Source of the DNA: an uncultured Ignavibacteriales bacterium
Lineage (GTDB): Bacteria; Zixibacteria; MSB-5A5; GN15; JAAZOE01
DNA: 34,280 nucleotides
NCBI GenBank assembly: GCA_964611355.1
Contig: CAZSYD010000025.1
Span: 1-34,280, forward strand
Direction: 5' to 3'
In this document: positions 7,425-16,943 of the stretch, one piece after another
Layout: the number at the start of each line of letters is the position of its first letter
How positions within the stretch are numbered: the stretch's first letter is position 1
The notes under the pieces: generated by a model
What the model was told of the DNA's origin: nothing
What the model saw: the letters and a program-made list of their open reading frames with translations, nothing else
Database searches by the model: none
Translations under genes and position numbers: made by a program

Positions 7425-7882
7425 AGTCCGAGTTCTCCTATGCATAGGGTCATGATTTTTCCAAGGCCTTTGAGCAACCTAAACACCATTGGAACAAGCC
7501 AAACGGCTGTAATGGTCAAGAGTATTGCGCCATGAAACCATCGCAAAGTTATGGACCAAGTCACCTTCAGCCATGAGACCACTTCGGCTTCCACTGGTGA
7601 TGTGTTCATGGAGAAATCAATGTCGTCCTCGCCCATTAACCTGACCTTGTCATAGAGTTTGCGGAACAATCGTTCCTGCCGAAGGAAATAACCGTCCAAG
7701 AGCCAGAACACAGTTGCCGGCAAATAAGCCAAGCAGGCGAGTTGTGATTTTGATTCGCCCGATGCCAAAGCGAAAATTGCCGACACTAAAACTACATTCC
7801 ATCCTTTTAGCAAGAAAGAATTCTTGGCCATTCTGCTAATGACAGCCTGTATCATTTCAAGATGCTTCAGTTTCTTTTCCAT
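7421..7882 (-). CDS. Conserved small 3-TM protein, putative defence effector
   Basis: HLEMIQAVISRMAKNSFLLKGW and FWLLDGYFLRQERLFRKLYD motifs, three hydrophobic segments, translationally coupled to the TIR gene. Confidence 0.8.
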   Translation of the reverse strand: MEKKLKHLEMIQAVISRMAKNSFLLKGWNVVLVSAIFALASGESKSQLACLAYLPATVFWLLDGYFLRQERLFRKLYDKVRLMGEDDIDFSMNTSPVEAEVVSWLKVTWSITLRWFHGAILLTITAVWLVPMVFRLLKGLGKIMTLCIGELGL

Positions 7883-8113
7883 CCCGATTCCCGCCCATCG
7901 ATTCTAGGCCACTCCGGGTTGCAAAATGTCTGGACATTATCAAAGCAGCCCATCCCAGCTTCGCCGGGATAGATCCCCGCTTTGTAATTGCCACTCATCC
8001 TCTGAATTCTCCTGCAGCGCGTTTTGTGATTAAAATCTAATCAATTCTGTTTCTTTTCGCAAGCCGTAAAATGCAATGATGTCATTTTTGCCAGCATAAA
8101 AAACAGCGGACTT

Positions 8114-8153
8114 GAGATTGCCACACCTAGACTTCGTCGAGGTTCGCAATGAC
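8114..8153. repeat. Palindromic repeat half-element of the GAGATTGC...GCAATGAC type
   Basis: GAGATTGCCACACCTAGACTTCGTCGAGGTTCGCAATGAC folds into a hairpin and matches a widespread REP/RPE-like repeat pattern. Confidence 0.55.
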
Positions 8154-8246
8154 GTCGGCCGCCGTGGATGGTGAGGGGAATGATTACAGTTAGTAGATAG
8201 TACGTTGGGTTCCAGACAAGCCCTGTAGGTATTGATCTACAAATAA

Positions 8247-10048
8247 TTATTTTTTCTCCCCGGTCATGCGGGCGAGTTCTTTTTTTAGTTCGGGGCCGGT
8301 GACTTTTTTTATGGAAATTATATTGCGTCCGTTTTTTAGCGATTTGGTAACCGCCAGATGGTGATCGGCTTTAGCCGCTATCGCAGGAAGATGGCTGATA
8401 GTGATAACCTGATGCTTTTTTGAGAGTTCTTTCAGCTTTTCCGCGAGTTTGATCGCCGTCCGTCCGCCGATGCCGGTATCGATCTCGTCGAAGATTATGG
8501 TTGGAAGCTTATACTTTCCGGCAATGACGGTCAGAAGCGCCAGCATAATGCGCGAAATCTCACCCCCGGAGGCGATCTTGATAAGCGGCCGGAGCGGCTC
8601 GTTGGGATTGGTGGAAATGAGAAATTCGATATTCTCAAGGCCGTGCGGAGAGGCTTTAATCTTTTCGCCGTCCAGATCAAAACCGTTCTCATCCGGTTCG
8701 TATTGAAAGTCGATTTTGAAACGGGCTTTCGNNNNNNNNNNNNNNNNNNNNNNNNNNNNNNNNNNNNNNNNNNNNNNNNNNNNNNNNNNNNNNNNNNNNN
8801 NNNNNNNNNNNNNNNNNNNNNNNNNNNNNNNTCAAAACCGTTCTCATCCGGTTCGTATTGAAAGTCGATTTTGAAACGGGCTTTCGCGATCGCCAGATCG
8901 GCCAGTTGTTCGACGACTTTTTTCTCAAGGCGGCCGGCGGCCTTTTTTCTTTTTTCGGAAACGGCAAGCGCAAGATTATGATAAGATGTTCGTGATTTGG
9001 TCAGTTTTTCGGTCAGACTTTTTATCAACATATTATAATCGCCGGCGCCCTGAGACTGATTCTTCAGTTCCTCAAGTTTGGCCGGCAGACCGGCTTCGTT
9101 GGTATTATATTTCTTCTTCAGCCGATAAAGCTCGGCCAACCTCGAATTGATAAATTCCAACCTTTCCGGATTATCTTCCAGACCGGAAAAATACGACTCC
9201 AGGTTCCGGGTCATCTCATTAAGATTTATGATGCTTTCGGTCAGCAGCGATGCCTCACCGGAGAGTTGCCTGTCAATTCCGGCCGCATTTTTAAGCTGTT
9301 TATCGAGCCGGGACAGAATAGACAGGACGCAATTATCGTTTTCGCTGACATCGTCTATAATCGTCCGTCCGGTATCCATCAATGTCTGGACCGATTCCAG
9401 CCGTTTCCGTTCGGACTCAAGTTTCTCTTCTTCGCCGATATGGATATTTGCTTTTGTTAGCTCGTCGATCTGGAAATTGATCAGTTCCAGTTTTTCCCGC
9501 ACGGCGGCGGCGTTGTTTCTGGCTTCGTTCAGTTGCTTGTTAAGCGAGGTAAAATCCGCAAACAATTCGGCCAGTTTCTCGACATCGTCGGAAAGCCCGG
9601 AAAAGCTGTCAAGGAAGTCGATATGTCTTTCCACCTCCAGCAAATGCCGGTGACCCTGCTGGGAATGAAAGTCGGCCAGAACGGATGCGGCCTGGCGAAT
9701 CTTTGAGATATTTTCCGGTCGGCCTTCGACATAACCTTTGGATAACCCGGTAGCCCAAACCTCGCGACTCAAAGACAGATTGGCATTAAGCGGTATTTCG
9801 AATTGTTCCTGAATACGACGCCTTAGAGGAGAGCCGGACAGGTCAAACTTGGCCTCGGCCGAGGCTTTTTTTTCGCCGTGCCTGATGAATTCCTTATCGG
9901 ACCGGCCACCGAGAGTTAAAAGAAGTCCGCCGATAATGACCGATTTCCCTGCGCCGGTTTCGCCGGTTAGGACGGTAAGCCCCAGACCGAAGTCAACTTC
10001 GATCTGATCGACCAGGGCGTAGTTTTTTAGGATCAGTTTCCTGAGCAA
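8247..10048 (-). CDS. recN: DNA repair protein RecN (intact, 548 aa, once the false gap is closed)
   Basis: Walker A GETGAGKS, signature ASGGE, Walker B IFDEIDTGIGG and ISHLP. Removing 100 N plus the 55-bp duplicate gives a 1647-nt in-frame ORF. Confidence 0.95.
8677..8886. other. Assembly gap (N 8732-8831) flanked by an identical 55-bp duplicate
   Basis: 8677-8731 is identical to 8832-8886. Confidence 0.95.
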
Positions 10049-10050
10049 GA

Positions 10051-10647
10051 TTAAATTTTGCTATTGAGATAAGTTTTACTGCGTACGGTTACGATATATC
10101 CGTCTCGCCGGGAGATCACCATACCTTCGTCCTTTAACTGAACCATACGTTTCCTGATATCTTCGTGCGCGGCGTTGAACTGTTTGGCGATCGCCAGCGA
10201 GTTTTTTGCTTTTTCCGCATCGAGGAACGCCAGTATCTCATCGCATCTTACGCCGATATCGTTCATCACGTCGATTTCAACCAGCCGTTCCATTATTCGG
10301 ATAAGTTCCCGTTCGTTGGGTTTTATTCTGCCGGCAGTGCGGTTTTCCAAACCGAGATAAGTATATTTGATTCGGATTACCCTGCCGGAACCGAAGTTAA
10401 ATCCGGGGTTGCGTTTGCGAAAGACCGCCTTAAAATCATCCAGATCGACAAATCCCGCCGCTTTCAGATCTTCCTCGGTAATCTTTTTGAAATCAATATA
10501 GCCGATTTCCTCTACGCGGACAAAACCCAGGTTAAACGATTTATACTCCTTGCCGGTTTCGACCCGAATTCGGTCCCAATCACGGAAGGTTACCGTTAAC
10601 TGCCCGGCCTTGATTCGATCATGTTCTTCTTTCGGAAAAAGCAGCAT
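10051..10647 (-). CDS. ASCH/PUA-like domain protein with a C-terminal winged-helix-like region
   Basis: MLLF..IKAGQLTVTFRDW..ITEEDLKAAGF is ASCH-like. The C-terminal IAKQF..IRKRMVQLKDEGMV..GYIVT is wHTH-like. GAGG RBS before ATG 10647. Confidence 0.7.
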   Translation of the reverse strand: MLLFPKEEHDRIKAGQLTVTFRDWDRIRVETGKEYKSFNLGFVRVEEIGYIDFKKITEEDLKAAGFVDLDDFKAVFRKRNPGFNFGSGRVIRIKYTYLGLENRTAGRIKPNERELIRIMERLVEIDVMNDIGVRCDEILAFLDAEKAKNSLAIAKQFNAAHEDIRKRMVQLKDEGMVISRRDGYIVTVRSKTYLNSKI

Positions 10648-10715
10648 CTGCAAACCTCGATTATCAATTTTGCCTTTTGTCCGGTTAATCCGATACGGAT
10701 AACAATTAAATCGAT

Positions 10716-12449
10716 TTATTTTTCTTTTACAAGCAGATATTTTATTTCGTCGGCCAGTTTGACGGCCAGTTCCCGGTCGCCGGTTTCTTCGGCCGTCTTT
10801 AATTTCTCTTTCAGGTCAGCCAGCCGGGCCTGGCGTTTCTGGTTGAGGATCATCCGCTTGTATTCCCTGACTACGCCGGCCGGATCGATGTCGCCCCATT
10901 CGATAGTCGCAATCAGCGACAGCGCCGACTTTTCGGTCTCGTCGCTGATCTCTTCTATCATCCGGTCGGGGTTTATCTGTCCGCTGTTTCGATACGATTC
11001 AATCATTCGGGCATAGATTGCACCGTGCCCGGGGCCTTTGAAATCGTCGGGCGATATTTCGTCCCGGGCCAGTTCAATAAGGAGCGGCTGACCGAGAAAC
11101 AACGACAGGAATTCCGATTCTATGACATTAAGATTCCGAGACCTTTCGGGTATCTTTGGCGTCGTTTTCGAATCGGGCCGACCCGGCTGAAAGTTATTCA
11201 CCGGTAATTTCATCATTGCCGCCGCGGAAGCGATAAAGATATCGCGTCTTATCGGTTCGTCTATTCCGCCGGCCAGCGACCTGATTTCGCGAACAACCTG
11301 TTCCTTTTCGCGCATGGTCATGGCATCGAAATCCATTCCTTCAAACCGAAATGCGAGATAGGGGAGACCCTTATCCAGAAGCTTTAAGACCCCGTCCGAG
11401 CCGAAGCCGCGGACATATGAATCGGGATCGGTCTTCGGCGGGGGAGTAACGATTATCGGTTCAATACCGGCGTTGAAAAAATATTCCACCGACCGCAAAG
11501 CGGCGCTTCGTCCCGCCGAATCGGCGTCAAAAAAGAGGTATGTTTTCCGGGCAAAGCGTGCCAGAAGCCGAGCCTGTTGCCGTGTAAAGGCGGTGCCCGA
11601 TACCGCCGCGACGTTGTGAAGACCGGCTTGATAAAGCGACAAGAAGTCAAAATATCCTTCCACCAGGATTACCGATTCGGTTTCCCTGATGGCGCCTTTG
11701 GAAAAGTTGAGGCCGTATAAGATAGTAGACTTGTTGTAAATCAGTGTTTCCGGTGAGTTCATGTATTTGGCCGACTCGGCTTTTCTTAGCGCCCGGCCGC
11801 CGAAGGCGACAATCTTTCCGGAAAGGCTGAATATCGGAAACATCAGGCGCAGCCGAAAACGGTCAAAATAGTCTCCGGTCTTTTCGGATTTTATGGCGAG
11901 GCCGGCTTCCGACAGTTCCTGCGGAGACAAATCTTTCTTTTGAGCATATTTCAGAAGCCCGTCCCAGTCTTCGGGCGCAAGACCGATTTGGAATTGTTCG
12001 ACCGTTTCGGAGGATAAACCGCGCGTTTGATAAAGGTAGCGTTCAATCTTCTCTCGGTATCTTGCGTTTTTCGCGCAAGCCCGGAAAAATTCGGCCGCCA
12101 CCTGATTTGCGTACTGTAAACGCTCGGTTTTGGCGTCTTCTTCGCGTTGATACCTTGGCAAAACAATGCCGTAGCGTTCGGCCAGAAGAGTAACCGACTC
12201 GATAAAAGATATCTTTTCGTACTCCATAAGGAAGGTGAAGACGTTGCCTCCTTTACCGCAGCCGAAACAATGGTAGATCTGCTTGTCCGGCGATACCGTA
12301 AAGGAAGGCGTCTTTTCATTGTGAAAAGGGCAGAGGGCAATGAAGTTCCGGCCCCGCCGCTTCAGGGGCACGTAACCGGATATGATTTCGACTATATCGG
12401 CCGCGATGCGGACTTCGTCGATTTTGCTTTCCGGTATGAGAGCCGCCAT
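10716..12449 (-). CDS. dnaG: DNA primase
   Basis: CPFHNEKTPSF..CFGCG zinc finger, KYMNSPET, VEGYFD and FDADSAG Toprim motifs. Confidence 0.98.
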   Translation of the reverse strand: MAALIPESKIDEVRIAADIVEIISGYVPLKRRGRNFIALCPFHNEKTPSFTVSPDKQIYHCFGCGKGGNVFTFLMEYEKISFIESVTLLAERYGIVLPRYQREEDAKTERLQYANQVAAEFFRACAKNARYREKIERYLYQTRGLSSETVEQFQIGLAPEDWDGLLKYAQKKDLSPQELSEAGLAIKSEKTGDYFDRFRLRLMFPIFSLSGKIVAFGGRALRKAESAKYMNSPETLIYNKSTILYGLNFSKGAIRETESVILVEGYFDFLSLYQAGLHNVAAVSGTAFTRQQARLLARFARKTYLFFDADSAGRSAALRSVEYFFNAGIEPIIVTPPPKTDPDSYVRGFGSDGVLKLLDKGLPYLAFRFEGMDFDAMTMREKEQVVREIRSLAGGIDEPIRRDIFIASAAAMMKLPVNNFQPGRPDSKTTPKIPERSRNLNVIESEFLSLFLGQPLLIELARDEISPDDFKGPGHGAIYARMIESYRNSGQINPDRMIEEISDETEKSALSLIATIEWGDIDPAGVVREYKRMILNQKRQARLADLKEKLKTAEETGDRELAVKLADEIKYLLVKEK

Positions 12450-14840
12450 TTATTCCTTCAAACGGGCGATGGTTACGCCATGCCCGCCCTCGTTCCAGTC
12501 GCCGATCCGGATCGATTTGATCGCTTTATGCCTTTGCAGATAACTCGACAGGCGCCGCCTGAGGGTACCGGTCCCCTTGCCGTGAATGATATAGACCTGG
12601 CCGATGCCGGCCACGACCGCGTCGTCAAGGAACTTGTCCAGCTTTTCAAGAGCCTCCTCGACCGTCATGCCCCGGAGCATGATCTCGGGATTAAACTCGC
12701 CCCGGGCGGCCGAAGCCCGGACGCCGGGGATACTTATCGGTATCGCTTTTTTTATATCCGACGACTTACTGTCTTTCCGGACCAGGTCTATGGTGTCGAT
12801 TATCATCGAGGCCGATCCGATAGCGATTCTGGCTTTTTTGTCGCTGACCATTTCAATCACTTCGGCTTCAGCATTGAATTTATCGATCCAGACTATATCT
12901 CCTTTTCTTAATATTCTGCCGTCAGTGATCTTCTTTGGCGCAATCGATTTTTTGATTTTAGAAATCTTGCCGGCCTGTTCCTTTAATACCTTCTGAGATT
13001 GCTTTATTTTCTTCGAGGCGGCCTGCGATTCGCGGATTTCTTTGACTAAACGGTTAATTTCTCTTTTCCCTTCTTCGAGCTGAACGTCGAAGTTTTCCGC
13101 AAACCGGCGGGCAAGTTCTTTTTCCTTATTCTCCATTTCAGTTTTGCGTGATTGGTAAAACTCTTCCAGCGTTTTCGCTTTGGCGAGACGATCTTCTAAT
13201 TGCCGGTTTTGCTCGTGCAGGCGCTTAAGGTCATAGTCCAGCTTCTCTATCAAACTATCGAGAGAACGCTCCTTCGATCCCAATAGGGTTGCCGCCTGAT
13301 CGGCCATGCCGCCCGGCAGGCCGAGTCGGCGGGCGATTTCGATGGCGTAACTTGAACCGGGATTGCCGATTCTCAGGCGGAAGGTCGGTTGCAGGTTCTC
13401 CCGATCGAATTCAAGGGAGGCGTTGACAAGCGTCGGCTGCTCCAGGGGAAGGGTTTTGAGCTGGGAATAATGAGTCGTTGCCACCAGGTTGCTGCCCCGG
13501 CCAAGAAGCGTCAGAATAATCACTTCGGCCAGCGCCGCGCCTTCTTTGGGATCTGTACCCGCGCCGATCTCGTCAAGAAGCACCAGGGTATTGTCGTCGG
13601 CCTCGTTTATGGCGGCAATTATGTTCCTGACGTGTGAAGAAAAGGTCGAAAGCGATAGTTCCAGAGACTGCTCGTCGCCGATATCGGCATATATTTTTCG
13701 ATAAATTCCTATTCTGCTCTTATGGTAGGCCGGTATCTCCAGCCCGGACATGGCCATGAGCGTCAAAAGGCCGATCGTTTTGACAGCCACTGTCTTGCCG
13801 CCGGTGTTGGGACCGGTTACGAGTACTCCCTGGTTATTACAGTTAAGAGTTATACTCAACGGGACTACCCCGTCTATCGAACCGGCTGCGTATATCAGCA
13901 AAGGGTGACGGGCGTCTATAAGGTCGAGGTCTCCGGACTCGGAAATAGACGGCGATACGGCGTCAACCTTGAGGGCAAAGGTTGCTCTGGCGTGAATGGC
14001 GTCAAGGAGGCCGTAGATGTCCTGGTCGGCGGTGATATCGTCGGCGGCTTCGCCCACTATGGCGGTAAGTTCGCGCAATATCCGGTCGATTTCCAGCTTT
14101 TCATCCTGCTGAAGCTGGCGCAGTTTGTTGTTAATCGAGATGGCCGAGGCGGGTTCAACATAGAGAGTCGCGCCACTTTGCGATTTATCATGAATTATCC
14201 CTTCGGAGGACTGGAATTCGCCCGAAAGCACGGGAATTACGTATCGTCCCTCGCGAATGGTTATGACATCGTCCTGCCAGCCGGCATGTTTCCTGCGCGA
14301 GCCCAGTATTTTGTTCAGATGCTGTTTCAGGCGGGCTTCGGTTTCGCCAAGTTCCCTTCTGATTCGGGTCAGCGTCCGTGACGCGTTGTCGATGATTTCG
14401 CCGGAAGAATCAATCGCTTTTCCAATCGCCGCCGAGATTTCACGTTTGGAGTGGAACTTCTTTAGAATATCTATGATATCAGGGAATTTTTCCGCTCTTT
14501 CGCCCGGTTTGCCGTAGGCGTTGAGACCGATGACGATATCGAGAAAAACCTTGATCTTCAAAAGCTGTTTGGCGTCCAGATGGATTCCCTCGACCCGGGA
14601 TTTGTCAATCAGTTCGGAGATATCTTCGGTTTTATCCAGAGGCATAGCCTCTTCAAACCGGATAATATCCCGCATCTGGGCCGATTGCCTGAGTTTTTTC
14701 TCTATTACTGTCTGGTCGAAAATAGGATGGATAGCCTCAATCCGGCGTTTGCCGTAAGGAGATAAGGTAAATCCGGCGATTATCTCCCTGACCCTGGGAA
14801 ATTCCAGGACAGCTATTGAATGGGCATCAATCTCAGGCAT
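12450..14840 (-). CDS. mutS2: Endonuclease MutS2
   Basis: TGPNTGGKT, DIGDEQS..SLSTFSSH, LLDEIGAGTDP and the C-terminal Smr domain IIHGKGTG..GGHGVT. Start ATG 14840 (or 14879). Confidence 0.97.
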   Translation of the reverse strand: MPEIDAHSIAVLEFPRVREIIAGFTLSPYGKRRIEAIHPIFDQTVIEKKLRQSAQMRDIIRFEEAMPLDKTEDISELIDKSRVEGIHLDAKQLLKIKVFLDIVIGLNAYGKPGERAEKFPDIIDILKKFHSKREISAAIGKAIDSSGEIIDNASRTLTRIRRELGETEARLKQHLNKILGSRRKHAGWQDDVITIREGRYVIPVLSGEFQSSEGIIHDKSQSGATLYVEPASAISINNKLRQLQQDEKLEIDRILRELTAIVGEAADDITADQDIYGLLDAIHARATFALKVDAVSPSISESGDLDLIDARHPLLIYAAGSIDGVVPLSITLNCNNQGVLVTGPNTGGKTVAVKTIGLLTLMAMSGLEIPAYHKSRIGIYRKIYADIGDEQSLELSLSTFSSHVRNIIAAINEADDNTLVLLDEIGAGTDPKEGAALAEVIILTLLGRGSNLVATTHYSQLKTLPLEQPTLVNASLEFDRENLQPTFRLRIGNPGSSYAIEIARRLGLPGGMADQAATLLGSKERSLDSLIEKLDYDLKRLHEQNRQLEDRLAKAKTLEEFYQSRKTEMENKEKELARRFAENFDVQLEEGKREINRLVKEIRESQAASKKIKQSQKVLKEQAGKISKIKKSIAPKKITDGRILRKGDIVWIDKFNAEAEVIEMVSDKKARIAIGSASMIIDTIDLVRKDSKSSDIKKAIPISIPGVRASAARGEFNPEIMLRGMTVEEALEKLDKFLDDAVVAGIGQVYIIHGKGTGTLRRRLSSYLQRHKAIKSIRIGDWNEGGHGVTIARLKE

Positions 14841-14912
14841 AAAAAAACCGACGACCTGTATCCAAGCCGACGGTAACATACGAAAATATTGGCTTAATTC
14901 AAATTATTTCGA

Positions 14913-15533
14913 TCAGGGGCTTTCGAGGTTAAAGAACCGATGTATCTGGTATAGAACCATATCGACGTCCGATCGATCATCTGACGGAATTCTTGAATCC
15001 GAACTTTTCAGGGTCAGGGCCGATTCCACCTTGGTGAAAAAGGAAGGGTTATTGGGATGAAACATGGAGCTTGACTCATACATCAGAGGAACCGTCTTAA
15101 TCACGGTTGGGCCAAAGAGGGAGTTTTCGACCGCAAGGTAGAAACTGGCCGGCATCGGAAGCAGAAACAACAGGAAAATCACGAACGAAATAACCACCCA
15201 GCCGCGGGCAAATCCGAGAAAGGCTCCGCCCATCTGATCCTTGCGGCTCTTACGTTGCAGGTGGATAATCCGGGCGATACCGATTCCGATCAGCTTGAAA
15301 GCGGCGTAGGCCAGGCCAAGCAAAAGGATGAAGCTGAGGAAAGTCACGACCATAGGGGAACCGCCGATCTTCTCATATACGAAAACCGAAAAGATATCCA
15401 TGAAGTTGATGGAGACGATAACGGCCGGTATGAGAGTGAAGAAGGCGGTTAATTCCCGGAGCAGCCCCTTCTTGGAACCGACGATAACCATTGCCAGCAA
15501 CAGACCCAGCAGGATATAATCGACAATGTTCAT
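14913..15533 (-). CDS. CvpA (colicin V production) family membrane protein
   Basis: MNIVD..GSKKGLLREL..DQMGGAFLGFARG. Conserved position upstream of mutS2. Confidence 0.88.
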   Translation of the reverse strand: MNIVDYILLGLLLAMVIVGSKKGLLRELTAFFTLIPAVIVSINFMDIFSVFVYEKIGGSPMVVTFLSFILLLGLAYAAFKLIGIGIARIIHLQRKSRKDQMGGAFLGFARGWVVISFVIFLLFLLPMPASFYLAVENSLFGPTVIKTVPLMYESSSMFHPNNPSFFTKVESALTLKSSDSRIPSDDRSDVDMVLYQIHRFFNLESP

Positions 15534-15611
15534 CCGCAACCTCTTCTTTAATTACCGCTCGGAAAATGATAAAATTGAAATCTTAAGGCAATAAAAAAAT
15601 CGCAGGCTGTA

Positions 15612-16061
15612 TTACGATGAAAGGAGCCGGGTGACCGTCTCTTTAACGATCTTCCCGTCGGTTTTTCCTTTGACTTTCGGCATGATAATTTTCATCACCC
15701 TGCCTATATCGGAAGGAACGGAGGCTTTTGCTTCGGTTATGGCCTCCCCGGCCATGGATTCGATTTCCTCTGGAGAAAATTGCTTTGGAAGATATTCTTT
15801 GATAATCTCCAGTTCGCGGGTTTCCTTGGCAACAAGATCGTCGCGACCCCCTGATTTGAACTGCTCGATGGAATCACGGCGTTTTTTGGCGGCTGAACTT
15901 AATACACCAATAATGTCGTCGTCTGTCAGCTTGTCCGGCCTTTTTTCTATCTGACGGTATTTAATATCAGATTTAAGGCCCCTGAGAGTGGTGACCTTAT
16001 CCTTATCACCACCCTTAAGGGCCTTTATCAAATCCTCGTCGATCTTTTTGAGTAAGGACAT
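15612..16061 (-). CDS. GatB/YqeY domain protein
   Basis: MSL..I..DL..ALK, KKRRDSIEQFKSGGRDDL, YLPKQ and GKTDGK motifs. Confidence 0.95.
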   Translation of the reverse strand: MSLLKKIDEDLIKALKGGDKDKVTTLRGLKSDIKYRQIEKRPDKLTDDDIIGVLSSAAKKRRDSIEQFKSGGRDDLVAKETRELEIIKEYLPKQFSPEEIESMAGEAITEAKASVPSDIGRVMKIIMPKVKGKTDGKIVKETVTRLLSS

Positions 16062-16259
16062 TTATTGCTGCTGTTCTCTTATTAGCTTGCGAAGTTTTCT
16101 TTTCGCCGCGTTCAGCTTGCGCTTTTTCCGATCGGATGGTTTCTCGAAATGCTGATGCTTTTTAATATCGGAGAGGATACCCATCTTCTCGCAGAATTTA
16201 TTAAATCGGCGCAGAGCCTTCTCGAAAGATTCATCGTTGCGAACCCTAACACCTGTCAT
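16062..16259 (-). CDS. rpsU: 30S ribosomal protein S21
   Basis: VRNDESFEKALRRF..HFEKPS..RK. Confidence 0.97.
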   Translation of the reverse strand: MTGVRVRNDESFEKALRRFNKFCEKMGILSDIKKHQHFEKPSDRKKRKLNAAKRKLRKLIREQQQ

Positions 16260-16366
16260 AGACCGTTAATCACCACCTTATATAAGAACAGGTTACCATT
16301 CAAATTGGCGCTAAGTTATGATACGGCATAAATCCATGTTAGTCAATAGAAACTTCCTTTTCTCCT

Positions 16367-16705
16367 CTAAAGATCGATTCTGTCACCGTCAAGCTTTTTA
16401 GTCCATGAGAGAAAATGGATATGGAGATGATAAACGATTTGGCCTGCCTGCGGACCGTTGTTTATCACTATCCTGAAACCATTCTTCACCTTCAGTTTTT
16501 CGGCCAGTTGGCGACAAATCTTGAAAAGGTAAGTGACCTCGTCTGCCGGCGCATCCATAAAAGTATCATAATGCGCCTTAGGACAGACCAACAGGTGAAT
16601 CCCGGCCTGGGGCCGGTGATCTTTGAAGACGATCACTCGATCATTTTCATACACGATTTCGGCCGGTAATTTCCGATCGATTATTTTGCAGAATTCACAA
16701 CCCAT
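16367..16705 (-). CDS. HIT family nucleotide-binding protein
   Basis: CEFCKII and GQIVYHLHIH histidine triad. Likely start is ATG 16705. Confidence 0.92.
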   Translation of the reverse strand: MGCEFCKIIDRKLPAEIVYENDRVIVFKDHRPQAGIHLLVCPKAHYDTFMDAPADEVTYLFKICRQLAEKLKVKNGFRIVINNGPQAGQIVYHLHIHFLSWTKKLDGDRIDL

Positions 16706-16943
16706 TATCGTTTTTCCATCCAAACCTGTGCGAATGGCGTTCTTACACTTCACGACAACTTTTCAAGCGCGGACGGACATATTACGAAATTTTGGCCGAA
16801 TTTCAAGCTAAATCGCCGAATGAAGAATTGTTTCCTTGTTGAAAAATATGGGAATCCGCCTTATATTGGTATTGCCAATCAATCCGCCATTGGGTAAAAT
16901 ATGTTAACTGATAAAATCGGGGTCTTTTCAATTCGGAGGCTTT

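Noticed and set aside
6189..7882. Canonical Thoeris (SIR2-SLOG or TM-Macro ThsA) or CBASS
   Set aside because: No SIR2, SLOG, Macro or nucleotidyltransferase domain is encoded. The TM protein is too short to hold a Macro domain.
5471..8153. CRISPR array, integron attC cassettes or an intact IS200/IS605/IscB element
   Set aside because: No regularly spaced direct repeats, no RYYYAAC/GTTRRRY attC boxes seen after the stops, and no tnpA, tnpB, iscB or integrase ORF.
8247..8546. Separate 99-aa ORF, or recN as a pseudogene
   Set aside because: It is the RecN C-terminus. The frame break comes from the N gap plus the 55-bp duplicate.
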